Source: Myxococcales bacterium (GTDB lineage: Bacteria > Myxococcota_A > Polyangia > Polyangiales > DASUME01). Taken from it: 64,000 bases of DNA. The stretch is from NCBI GenBank assembly GCA_047601445.1, contig JASGJH010000001.1, forward strand, positions 448,001 to 512,000. The letters run 5' to 3'. Position 1 is the stretch's first letter. Each line of letters starts with the position of its first letter. The notes under the pieces are model-generated. The model was not told where the DNA came from, searched no databases, and worked only from the letters and a program-made list of their open reading frames with translations. The position numbers and the translations under genes were made by a program. This document shows, one piece after another, positions 52,446 through 61,486 of this stretch.

Positions 52446-52901
52446 GCGCGTACCACGAATGGTAGTCGAGCCGGTGTTTGCAACGGTAGAGCGTTGGCAA
52501 AGGTGACCGCTGCTTTGCAGTCCCCGGGCAGATGGAGTGACAGAAGGTTTGCGGACCTGAGCGCGGACGGGAGAGCGCCTTCTCAGCTGAAGCGGCCCTC
52601 ATACGCTGCCCTGCGAGTGTGCAAGATCGTCACGGCGACCCATCGCCTATGTAAGAGGTCTTGCGCTGGCAGCGGATCCCGGTGCCTCCTGAGGCTCAGT
52701 GCTCCGCGACCTCCAAGCGGTCACCCCAGCAGCAATGCTGCGGGCAGTACATGTAGGGCGGCTTCGCGCCAGCCGGGGATTTTTCCGCGCTTTTCGCGAC
52801 CCCCGATGGACCTATTCGAGCTGGGGCTGGCCGCTACAGTCTGCTCGCAGCGGAAGCCATCAGGCTCCCATGTAGGTAAACTGGGCATCGGAGCCACATT
52901 G

Positions 52902-52957
52902 GTGTCAAAATTACTTGCAGCCACGCTTTGACACGGTTCTCACCATCGGTGGACAAT
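52902..52957 (+). promoter_or_regulatory. Candidate kinase promoter (TTGACA-N18-GACAAT) overlapped by the inverted repeat GTGTCAAA-N17-TTTGACAC
   Basis: Read directly: 52902-52909, 52927-52934, -10 at 52952-52957. Confidence 0.5.
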
Positions 52958-53047
52958 AGCCTGACGGAGTACGAGGGAGACCGAAGGTCGCCCATTACGG
53001 GTGGGCGGGCTCGAGCGATCGCATGGGAAGAACACGAAGAGGCCTCT

Positions 53048-54622
53048 ATGGATGAATCGCGCAGTGCATCTGCTTCGGTTCAGCAAAACAGCGAAGTCGA
53101 TCCTCTGCTGGGACGGTTCATCAACGATCGCTACAAGGTCGTGTCGGTGATTGCTCGTGGTGGCATGGGCAAGGTGTACCGCGCGGAGCAGGCGCCGCTC
53201 GGTCGACAGGTCGCGCTCAAGGTCTTGAGTCCCAACTACAACGGCGAGAACGATCCCGAGTTTCATCGGCGCTTCTTCCTCGAAGCGTCGATTGCGTCCA
53301 AGCTGAGCCACCCGAACACCGTCACGATTTTCGACTACGGCAAGACCGAAGACGAAGTCTTCTACATCGCCATGGAGCTCCTCGAGGGACGCACCTTGCA
53401 GCGCGCGTTGCGCGACGAGGGGCCCATGGAGCCCGACCGCGTCATGCGCATCGCCCGGCAGATTTGTCGGTCGCTGCGCGAAGCCCATTCGCTCGACGTG
53501 ATTCACCGCGATCTCAAGCCCGCCAACGTCTACCTGGTACGCCAGGAAGAAGGCGAGTACGTGAAGGTGCTGGACTTCGGTCTGGTCAAGGAGCTCAACA
53601 ACCAGGAGAACCTGACCAAAACGGGGCTCTTCATGGGTTCGCCCAAGTACATGGCCCCGGAGCAGATCCGCAGCGATCACGTCGATGGCCGCACCGACAT
53701 CTACGCGCTTGGCGTGATCATGTACGAGATGTTGTCGGGTAAGGTCCCGTTCGACCGTGCCAACTCAGTGAACATCCTGATGGCGCACATTCACGAGCAG
53801 GTCCCCTCGATCGGCGAGATGTCACCGGGGCGGCGCATTCCACCCCAACTGGAGAGCGTCGTTCATCGTTGCATGGCGAAGCGTCCCCAGGATCGCTACG
53901 CCAGCATGAACGAAGTGCTGCAGGCTCTGAAGCTCGCGGGTGGTGAACGCTCGGGCCAAATCACCATCACGGGGCCGCACACGGCACAGCCGGCGCATGG
54001 TCGCGGTCCTCAGCAAACGTTGGTGGACGAGTCCTTCGACGTCGACGCCGACTTCGCAGGTTCGGACTCCGGTGCGGGCCTCGAACCCGTGGCGCGTCGT
54101 TCGATGCAAACATCGACCACGATCTCCGCAGCACCTGTGTTCGCGCGCGCGTCGAAGCCCGGCAACAGCGCCGCGCCGATCTTCCTGGCGGCGCTGTTCG
54201 CCGTGACGGGCATCGGCGGCTTTATCGTGCTGACGCAACCGTTCGACACAGCCGAGGAAGACAAGCCCCTGGTGATCGGAACCACGGCGCCCGCGAAAAA
54301 GCCGGATCCCGTGCCAGCGGAGGCACCCGCGCCCGAACCCTCGAAGCGGCTCGTGGTGACACTCAAGTCCGTTCCGCCCGGCGCGATGGTCACGGTGGGC
54401 GACAAGGAATACGGTCCCACGCCTGCTCACGTGGTTTGGACGGGCGCCGATGCGGCCGATGGTCGTGAAGTCACCTTCCGATTCCATCGCCGGGGATATC
54501 AGGACCTTACTGTCACCCAGACCATCGAAGGGGACCGCTTGCAGGTGGATGCTCCGCCGCTCGAGCCGCTGGTGCGTAAGGCCAAGTCGTCGGCCGAGCC
54601 ACCCAAGCCCGACGGGGCGTGA
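53048..54622 (+). CDS. Membrane Ser/Thr protein kinase with periplasmic PEGA-like domain
   Basis: ARGGMGKVY, HRDLKPAN, DFG, MAPE; TM IFLAALFAVTGIGGFIVL; SVPPGAMV..G.TP; start uncertain. Confidence 0.92.
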   Translation: MDESRSASASVQQNSEVDPLLGRFINDRYKVVSVIARGGMGKVYRAEQAPLGRQVALKVLSPNYNGENDPEFHRRFFLEASIASKLSHPNTVTIFDYGKTEDEVFYIAMELLEGRTLQRALRDEGPMEPDRVMRIARQICRSLREAHSLDVIHRDLKPANVYLVRQEEGEYVKVLDFGLVKELNNQENLTKTGLFMGSPKYMAPEQIRSDHVDGRTDIYALGVIMYEMLSGKVPFDRANSVNILMAHIHEQVPSIGEMSPGRRIPPQLESVVHRCMAKRPQDRYASMNEVLQALKLAGGERSGQITITGPHTAQPAHGRGPQQTLVDESFDVDADFAGSDSGAGLEPVARRSMQTSTTISAAPVFARASKPGNSAAPIFLAALFAVTGIGGFIVLTQPFDTAEEDKPLVIGTTAPAKKPDPVPAEAPAPEPSKRLVVTLKSVPPGAMVTVGDKEYGPTPAHVVWTGADAADGREVTFRFHRRGYQDLTVTQTIEGDRLQVDAPPLEPLVRKAKSSAEPPKPDGA

Positions 54623-54662
54623 CGGACAACCTGACGGTTTCTGCTCCCGTCCGAGCGACGCG

Positions 54663-55878
54663 TCAGAATCGCACGTAGGCGGTCCAGTCGAGGCTCATGT
54701 ACTGGTCGGTGATGCTCGCCGGCAAGTTCGTGACGCCACGCAATGCCTTCAAATTCACCCAAGAAGTACGTGTAGGCTCCGCGCAGTCGGATCTCGAAAT
54801 TGCGCGGCAATTTGAGGCTCAGCGTGAGCGCGTACTCCGTGCCCACGGGTGAACCGCGTACCTCTCTGTTGCCGAGGTCGCCCGCCACGAAGACGTACAG
54901 CACGCCGCCTTCACCCGTAAGGGCAAAGCGCTGGATTGGAATCTTCAGGCTGCCTTGGCCCCGCCCGAAGGTGTAGTTGCCCGTGGGGCGCTCGAGATCC
55001 GGTGCGTCTGGCAGGTTGAAGTCAAAGGTCCACACGCTTGCGCCGAGGCCAGCGCCGATCACGGGAGCGTTGGCGTTACGGCCAAGCCTCAGCAGCACAT
55101 TCGCCCAGACGTTGATGCGTGAGCTCGGCGACTCGAACACGCGGTGCTCGCGGCGGCTGAAGGAGCTCAGGGCGTTCGAGCGCCAGAACTCACTGTGGAT
55201 TTGCCAGGAGAGCAGCTTGAAATCGGGTGGCCCCAATTCGACGGCCAAGAGCACACCCGAAAACCCTTTGGCGTCATAGGGGCGAACTTCTCCGGTGCGC
55301 GGCTCCCGGTGTTCGAACGAGCGAAAGCCGCCGAGCGCGCCGATGCCGAGGCTCAGGTAGGAGAAAACCTTGCGCACGCCCGGCGAGATTTGGCGGGGAG
55401 GGCGCTTGCGCTTCGGCGCGGCGGCACGGACGGGAGTCGCCGTTGGCTCGGGCGCCGTGCTGGTCGCAGGCTGAGTGGGCGATACTTCCTGGGGCGCGGC
55501 CGGTTCCTGTGTGTGAGATTCCAGGGGGGCGGGAGGAGGAGGGGCCGGTGCCGGCGCCAAGGTCTCTGCGGGGGCGGGCTGTCGTGTGTCTCCCGTCAGC
55601 TGGGATGGCTGAGTGGTCCCGCGGCCTTCGGCCTTCTGCGCAGCCTCCTGACGTCGCTTCTCCTCGCGTCGCGCGTGACGCGCCGCCCGACGGGCCTCGC
55701 TGGCAGCCTGGCGCCGTGCGTCGCGCCGCGCTGCAGCATCGTCCACCGTGGCATCCGAAGCGGGTTCGTCCGCCTGCGCTTCCGCCGCGCTGACGACGAA
55801 CAAGGTGAGAGCCGAGGCCACGATGCGAAGACTGCGGAGTAAGCGATGCGTCAGAAGCGAATCCGAATCCTGGCGCAT
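54663..55878 (-). CDS. Secreted protein with Pro-rich linker and C-terminal OM beta-barrel; +1 frameshift at about 54753
   Basis: Signal peptide (AEAQA), amphipathic strands; removing one base at GAATTT gives ..ITDQYMSLDWTAYVRF* at 54663 and removes a 124-nt overlap with the kinase. Confidence 0.68.
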
Positions 55879-55990
55879 CCTACCTTTGCCCCTGTGTCCT
55901 CATTCAACCGCCGTGCGCGTGGTCGTCTGCCTCAGAAAACGAGGCCGCCCAGCGCTCTCCCACTTCGAGAATGCCTCGAACTCTGCGATA

Positions 55991-57103
55991 ATGTCACCAG
56001 TGTCAGGTACTCGCGAAACTTTCGGTGCGGAGCGTCGCTCTCCATCTTCAGCTCAAGAACTCGCTCAAGCCAATGGAGAACAGCCGCTTCGATTCGGGCG
56101 CTTGGTCGGCCGTTCGGCTCCGATGCGTCAGCTCATCGGCACCTTGAAGCGTGCGTCCGAGACCGACGCCACGGTGTTGATCGAGGGCGAGACGGGAACC
56201 GGCAAAGAGGTCTCGGCCCTCGCGATTCACGAAAACAGTTCGCGACGCGGAGGACCATTCATCGTAGTCGATTGCGGCGCCATCCCTGCACAGCTGCTCG
56301 AGAGCGAGCTGTTTGGCTACGAGCGCGGCGCATTCACCGGCGCTGTCACGGCGCGCATGGGAGCCTTCGAAGCGGCGGATGGCGGCAGCATCTTCCTCGA
56401 CGAACTCGGCGAGATGAGCCTCGACCTGCAGCCGAAGATTCTGCGTGCCCTCGAGGGACGCAAAGTGAAGCGCGTGGGCAGCAACAACTACGTGCCGTTC
56501 AACGCGCGGGTCATTGCAGCGACCAATCGAGATTTGCGCGAGGAGGTGGCGGCCAAGCGCTTTCGCTCGGACCTCTACTATCGACTCGCGGTGTTGCACA
56601 TCAAGTTGCCGCCGCTTCGGGAGCGCACTGGCGACCTGCCGATCCTGGTGCAGGAGGTGCTCGGTCAGCTAGGTGTCCAGGACACGGAGAACGCAGGGTC
56701 GATCTGCACGCCCGAGTTCTTTGCCATGCTCGCCAAGTATCGCTGGCCGGGCAACGTGCGACAGCTCCGCAACTACGTGGAGCGCCGCGTGGCACTCGGC
56801 GAGTCGGTCCCGCCTCCGGGCAACGACACGTCGCGCCCGCCTCCGCCGCTTCAAGCTGAGGCACCCATTCCGTCCATTGCGATCGACCTCCCGCTGCGCC
56901 TCGCACGCGAGGAGTGGAACAGCGTGTTCGAGAGCAAGTATCTCGAGGCACTGCTCGAGCGCTACGAGAACAACGTGACGGCAGCGGCCCGCGCGGCGGG
57001 GGTCAACCGCGTGCATTTCTACCGACTGCTGTGGAAGCACGGCCTCAGGGAGCCTGACCCGAGCGCCATGAGCCACTCGCAGATTCCGCCGGAAGAGAGG
57101 TGA
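55991..57103 (+). CDS. Sigma54-dependent activator lacking an N-terminal sensor domain (start 55991 or GTG 56000)
   Basis: GETGTGKE, ESELFG..RGAFTGA, FLDELG, DLYYRL, WPGNVRQL, NVTAAARAAG HTH. Confidence 0.92.
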   Translation: MSPVSGTRETFGAERRSPSSAQELAQANGEQPLRFGRLVGRSAPMRQLIGTLKRASETDATVLIEGETGTGKEVSALAIHENSSRRGGPFIVVDCGAIPAQLLESELFGYERGAFTGAVTARMGAFEAADGGSIFLDELGEMSLDLQPKILRALEGRKVKRVGSNNYVPFNARVIAATNRDLREEVAAKRFRSDLYYRLAVLHIKLPPLRERTGDLPILVQEVLGQLGVQDTENAGSICTPEFFAMLAKYRWPGNVRQLRNYVERRVALGESVPPPGNDTSRPPPPLQAEAPIPSIAIDLPLRLAREEWNSVFESKYLEALLERYENNVTAAARAAGVNRVHFYRLLWKHGLREPDPSAMSHSQIPPEER

Positions 57104-57106
57104 TCC

Positions 57107-57853
57107 ATGTCCTCTTGGAACGACCCGCTCAGCGCAGCGCCCAGCCGATTCCGAATTCGCGTCGGGAACGAACAGATTGATTTACCCACTGGCGGGAGTC
57201 TGATCGGCCGCGAGGCGACCTGTCGCATCGCCATCTTGGATTCCACCATCTCGCGCCGGCACGCGCGCATTCAGTGCGACGGCGAATGGGTGACGATCGA
57301 GGACCTCGGGAGCAGCAACGGGACGCGCGTGAACGGGATTCTCATTTCGGGTCCCCACGTGTTGAGAGAGGGCGACCGCATCGGAGTCGGCTCCTGTGAA
57401 CTGGTGATGGGCGTCGTGGATGCGGAGCTCGCCGATCTGCGCGACTCTCCGACCGGACAACTGGGAGTCTGCAACAACTGCCGCTCGTGCTATGCGGCCC
57501 AGCTGCGGAATTGCCCGAATTGTGGTGCTGCGCGCGGGGAGAAAGCAGCTGCCTCGCGACGCATCGACGAGACGGCGGAGGGGCGCTGGTCGCTCGGCCT
57601 CCTGTTGGAGATGCTCGGCAAGGCCATGCTCGCGGAGCGCGAGATCGACGCCGAACGCATCATGCGCGAAGTCGCGCTGGTGGTTGCCGACCGCCTCCAC
57701 GAGGGCAGGGCCATCGACCCCGAGGAGCTGACAGCGGTCGTCGAAGCCACGCGCTGGCTGACCAGAGTGCAGAAGAGTGACGACTGGTCCAATTGGTTGG
57801 TCAGCGTTCAAGGGCAGCTGAGAAGGACCCTAAACCCGCCGCCTGCCCCTTGA
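57107..57853 (+). CDS. FHA domain, zinc ribbon and helical domain protein
   Basis: IGR, ISRRHA, DLGSSNGT.VNG; CNNC-x10-CPNC. Confidence 0.88.
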   Translation: MSSWNDPLSAAPSRFRIRVGNEQIDLPTGGSLIGREATCRIAILDSTISRRHARIQCDGEWVTIEDLGSSNGTRVNGILISGPHVLREGDRIGVGSCELVMGVVDAELADLRDSPTGQLGVCNNCRSCYAAQLRNCPNCGAARGEKAAASRRIDETAEGRWSLGLLLEMLGKAMLAEREIDAERIMREVALVVADRLHEGRAIDPEELTAVVEATRWLTRVQKSDDWSNWLVSVQGQLRRTLNPPPAP

Positions 57854-57885
57854 GTCGCTAAACCCGCCGCCTGCCCCTTGAGTCG
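57830..57885. repeat. Perfect 28-bp tandem duplication CTAAACCCGCCGCCTGCCCCTTGAGTCG
   Basis: Copies at 57830-57857 and 57858-57885. Confidence 0.95.
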
Positions 57886-58829
57886 CGTGCGCGCCTGCGA
57901 TGCACGAAGCACCCGGCGAGCATCAACACGAGTCCTCCGAGCGCCGAGCTCTCGGCCCCCGGCCGTTCCCTCGGCTGCGCGACGGCGCATGCGCCTCCGC
58001 TCGTCGGGTCCATGCCGCACAGCGGTGAGAACCCACCTCTGGGTTCCGGCTCGCAAGCCGCCGGAGCATCGGGCGGATACAACGCGCAGATTGCGTCCAC
58101 GTCGTCCTGACCGAGCGTCCTGGAGATCTCCAACGGCTGGATGCTGAACTTCATGATCGAGCCCGGTACCCGTGAGTGATCGAGGCCGAGAAAGTGCCCC
58201 GCTTCATGGGTCAGGATGGACTGTAGATCCCAGCGCAGCTCCAGTGACTTCGATTGGGTCGAGTCCACGTTCAGCGGGTTGCTCGCATTGATCTCCATGT
58301 CTGCATCGAGCAACTGACCCGTGGCCTCGTCGTACCGCACCGACGTCGTGGCGAGTGGCTGCCCGCTGTCGTAGTAGGGCCACTCGCCTTCACGAAACAG
58401 AATCGCGTTGGCGTTTCCTTGATCCGGGTTGTATTCGACGCGCGCGCAGAAGGTGTCCCCAAAGCGACTGTCGACGTGCAACGAGGGGGGGAGCCCGTTC
58501 GGCGGGCATTGCACGTTCTGCCAGGTGTCGAAGGCGGCACGGAGCATTCGACGGGCAGCCTCTTCGCCGACCTGGGCAGAGACGGCGTTGGGGTCGATGC
58601 TGAAGCTGAGGCAGGACGAAGACCAGCTGACGGGAACGCCTGTGAGCGAGCAGCCGGTGACGGGATCGCGTGGGCAGTCTGCGCAGTGCGACGACGTGGT
58701 CGTGCGACAGTACGCTTCGGCATCACTCTCGAAGAGCAAGCCCGAGCCCAGCGCAACCATGAACAGGCCCACTGAGCCGATGCGAGTCGGTCGCTGCAAG
58801 GGCCAAACTCTCCCGTTTCGGAAGTACAT
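57858..58829 (-). CDS. Matrixin (M10-like) zinc metalloprotease with MYXO-CTERM-like anchor
   Basis: HEAGHFLGLDHS, Met-turn SIM, DADMEIN; C-terminal GGAC, hydrophobic helix, RRRAR; start uncertain. Confidence 0.87.
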   Translation of the reverse strand: MYFRNGRVWPLQRPTRIGSVGLFMVALGSGLLFESDAEAYCRTTTSSHCADCPRDPVTGCSLTGVPVSWSSSCLSFSIDPNAVSAQVGEEAARRMLRAAFDTWQNVQCPPNGLPPSLHVDSRFGDTFCARVEYNPDQGNANAILFREGEWPYYDSGQPLATTSVRYDEATGQLLDADMEINASNPLNVDSTQSKSLELRWDLQSILTHEAGHFLGLDHSRVPGSIMKFSIQPLEISRTLGQDDVDAICALYPPDAPAACEPEPRGGFSPLCGMDPTSGGACAVAQPRERPGAESSALGGLVLMLAGCFVHRRRARDSRGRRRV

Positions 58830-58848
58830 CACAGCCGCTCGAGCGCTG

Positions 58849-59373
58849 CTAGTTTGGCAGCGGCGATGGCGGCAAGGCCGGCGACGGAGCGGACGGCGGC
58901 GCTGCGGAGGGAGGCGGCGGGGGCTCACGGTCCATGGCCAGGCCGACGGTGGTCGCTCCAGCTTGCTTCGCACGGTCGATGGCTTCGACCAGATTCGTGT
59001 AGTTCGCGTTGTCGCCAGCCACGACGAACACCACGGATTGCTCTGCAGACCGCCCCTCCAGGAGCTCGCGCAGCTTGCTGACGTACTCGGTTGCGTCGAC
59101 CGGCTGCGAATTGATCTGCAGGTTTCCGTCGCCCTCGACTGCCACCACGACCTGGCTCGGCGCGACCTCTGCCGCCTTCTCGGTGTGCTTTTCAGCGGAG
59201 AGGTAGACCCCGAGGTCGCGCTCTACGAGCGGCGTCACGACCATGAAGATGATCAGCAGCACGAGCACGACGTCGACCAGCGGCGTCACGTTGATTTCGG
59301 GCTCGAGCCGCGCCACCGGCTGCACGGCGATGGTCCGCGTCTTCTTCTTGCCCCCATACATTGGCGTGGTCAT
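58849..59373 (-). CDS. exbD: ExbD/TolR family protein
   Basis: [23 protein letters not shown] 59373 overlaps the upstream stop. Confidence 0.92.
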   Translation of the reverse strand: MTTPMYGGKKKTRTIAVQPVARLEPEINVTPLVDVVLVLLIIFMVVTPLVERDLGVYLSAEKHTEKAAEVAPSQVVVAVEGDGNLQINSQPVDATEYVSKLRELLEGRSAEQSVVFVVAGDNANYTNLVEAIDRAKQAGATTVGLAMDREPPPPPSAAPPSAPSPALPPSPLPN

Positions 59374-59792
59374 CGTGCAGCCTTCGTTTCGCCGAGTACG
59401 GCGAAAGAAATCTCGCTGATTTTTTCGGCCTTGAGCTGGCGCAGGAGCGGGCGCAGGTCCTTGACCGTGATGGCTGAGTCGGCCTTGATCAAGACGTCGC
59501 GGCCGGGGCGTTGCGCGAGCTCGGCCTTGACTTGCTGGACCAACGTTCGCGCGGTCGCCCGCTTGGACTCCACCCACAGGGTTCGGTCCGACGTGATGGT
59601 GAGCACGACCGAGTCAGACACCGATTTCTCGGGGTCCGGCGAGCCAGCCACGGGCAATTGCACGTTGCGACCGCGGGTGAGCATGGGCGTGATGACCATG
59701 AAAATGATCAGCAGCACCAAGACGACGTCGACCAGGGGGGTCACGTTGATCTCGGCCTTCAGGCCGCCCTTCTGATTGCCAGTGAAAGCCAC
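59370..59792 (-). CDS. exbD: ExbD/TolR family protein
   Basis: [28 protein letters not shown]. Confidence 0.93.
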   Translation of the reverse strand: MAFTGNQKGGLKAEINVTPLVDVVLVLLIIFMVITPMLTRGRNVQLPVAGSPDPEKSVSDSVVLTITSDRTLWVESKRATARTLVQQVKAELAQRPGRDVLIKADSAITVKDLRPLLRQLKAEKISEISFAVLGETKAAR

Positions 59793-59795
59793 CCG

Positions 59796-60503
59796 TTACC
59801 CCGTCACGGTGCGCGGCCTGAAGGTCAGGCTGGGATCGCGGAAGTCGACGCGATTCTTGCGCAGGTGGCGAGCCAGCAGGTCGAGAAGCTCGTTGCTCGC
59901 TTCGGAGATGTCCACCGCGCGGGCGTCGATCCAGGCGGTCAGGCCGTTGTAAGCGCCGACCGCGGGGATGGCGACCAGCAGGCCGAGCGCCGTGGTCGCC
60001 AAGGCTTCCGCGATACCGGCCGAAACGGTGGAGAGACCGCCCGAGCCCGTCTCCGCCATCATCTCGAAGGAGTTCACGATGCCGAGCACGGTGCCGAGCA
60101 GACCCACGAACGGGGCCGTGGAGGCCACGTTGGCCAGCACGCCGATACCGCGCTTCATGCTGTGAATTTCACGCTGCGCTTGGCGTTCGAGCGAGCGCGC
60201 GACCGACTCGAAAACCAGGTCGTCTTCGTTGCGGGGGCAGGTCTGGTACGCACGCAGCGCCGCCTCGAGCACGCGCCCCAGGTGCCCAACCTTACCGCCC
60301 ATCGGAGCGTTCGCAGCTTGATCGATGTCGCCGCCCGACAGGAGCTCTGCCAGCTTCTTGGCGAAGGCGACCGACTGCTTGTTGGAAGCCGTCAGGGCGA
60401 AGATGCGCTCGCAGGCGATGACAAGCGAAACCAGCGACATGGCCAGCATGGTCCCGGTCACCAGACGGGCGCCGACGCCCATGTGGTACCAGAGTTCGAT
60501 CAT
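59796..60503 (-). CDS. exbB: ExbB/TolQ proton channel (true start possibly 60516 with a 1-nt insertion)
   Basis: TAPFVGLLGTV.GI, GIAEALATTALGL.VAIPA. Confidence 0.93.
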   Translation of the reverse strand: MIELWYHMGVGARLVTGTMLAMSLVSLVIACERIFALTASNKQSVAFAKKLAELLSGGDIDQAANAPMGGKVGHLGRVLEAALRAYQTCPRNEDDLVFESVARSLERQAQREIHSMKRGIGVLANVASTAPFVGLLGTVLGIVNSFEMMAETGSGGLSTVSAGIAEALATTALGLLVAIPAVGAYNGLTAWIDARAVDISEASNELLDLLARHLRKNRVDFRDPSLTFRPRTVTG

Positions 60504-60555
60504 CGGTAAATTTCATAGGCTTCCCTCTGTCCTCTGTCCCTCTGAGCTCGCCCGA

Positions 60556-61479
60556 TCAGTGCGCCGCGAGTCTGACTTGAATGATGTATTCCACCGAGAC
60601 CGGCTTCCCTTGGTAGACGACCGGGGTGTACTTCCACTTGGAAAGGGCATTCAGCACCGCTTGATCCATCATGGGATTGCCCTTGACCATCTTGCAGCGC
60701 TTGAGCCCACCGTCCGTTCCGATCACACACTTGCTGATGAACAGCCCGGACACGTTCGCGTCACGGGCTTCCTTCGTGTATTCGGGGTCGACCTTCGACA
60801 ACAAATTCGGGCGCGTCATGCCATCCATGAACGGCAGCACGGTCGTGTCGCCGCTCACGATGCCAGGACGCGAGCCCGCGCCCGTGCCACCAGCGACGCC
60901 GCTGGCGCCCGAGTTGGTGCCGGCACCCGCGCCACCCGAACCACCCGACACGCCGCCCGTACCCGCACCCGCAGTGCCGGCGCCGGGAGTCGTGTTCTCC
61001 GCCTTCGGCATCGCCTGCGGCGCGGCGGTCGCCACGGACTCGCCACCGGTGGCCGGCGTGGGCTTCGGGACCTCGGGCTGAACGCTCGCGCCCATCGTGG
61101 CGGTCGGCTTGTCTTCGGGAATGGCCTTCGCTGAGACCGGCTTTTTCGATTTGGTGGGCGCCACGACGCGCGCGGCTTCAGGTTCGGGAGCCTTGATCAC
61201 CGGAGCGGACGACTCGCCCGCTCCGATGGCGCCCCGGTCCTCACCGCCCGCCAAACCAAGCGAGCGGAACTCCGCGACCTTGGGGGCATCGAAGAGGGTG
61301 ACCGTCAGCTTCTTCGGAACCTCCTTGACGGGAGGTGGCGGCTGCTTCGACAGCACGATCGCTCCGAGCAGAGCGATGACATACACGGTAGCAACGCCAA
61401 TCGTGCTCACGCCCATATCGCGCCAGTTGCTGGGGCGATCGAGAATGGCACTAAAGACCGGATCCTGCTGAACGGTCAC
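60556..61479 (-). CDS. tonB: Energy transducer TonB
   Basis: N-terminal TM, P/A/G-rich linker, PEYTKEAR..V.G..WKYTP..GKPV C-domain. Confidence 0.9.
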   Translation of the reverse strand: MTVQQDPVFSAILDRPSNWRDMGVSTIGVATVYVIALLGAIVLSKQPPPPVKEVPKKLTVTLFDAPKVAEFRSLGLAGGEDRGAIGAGESSAPVIKAPEPEAARVVAPTKSKKPVSAKAIPEDKPTATMGASVQPEVPKPTPATGGESVATAAPQAMPKAENTTPGAGTAGAGTGGVSGGSGGAGAGTNSGASGVAGGTGAGSRPGIVSGDTTVLPFMDGMTRPNLLSKVDPEYTKEARDANVSGLFISKCVIGTDGGLKRCKMVKGNPMMDQAVLNALSKWKYTPVVYQGKPVSVEYIIQVRLAAH

Positions 61480-61486
61480 GCGACCC

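Noticed and set aside
54499..54750. ORF-track C-terminus of the 55878 gene running into the kinase
   Set aside because: Non-coding-like sequence; the shifted frame ending AYVRF at 54663 is far more plausible.
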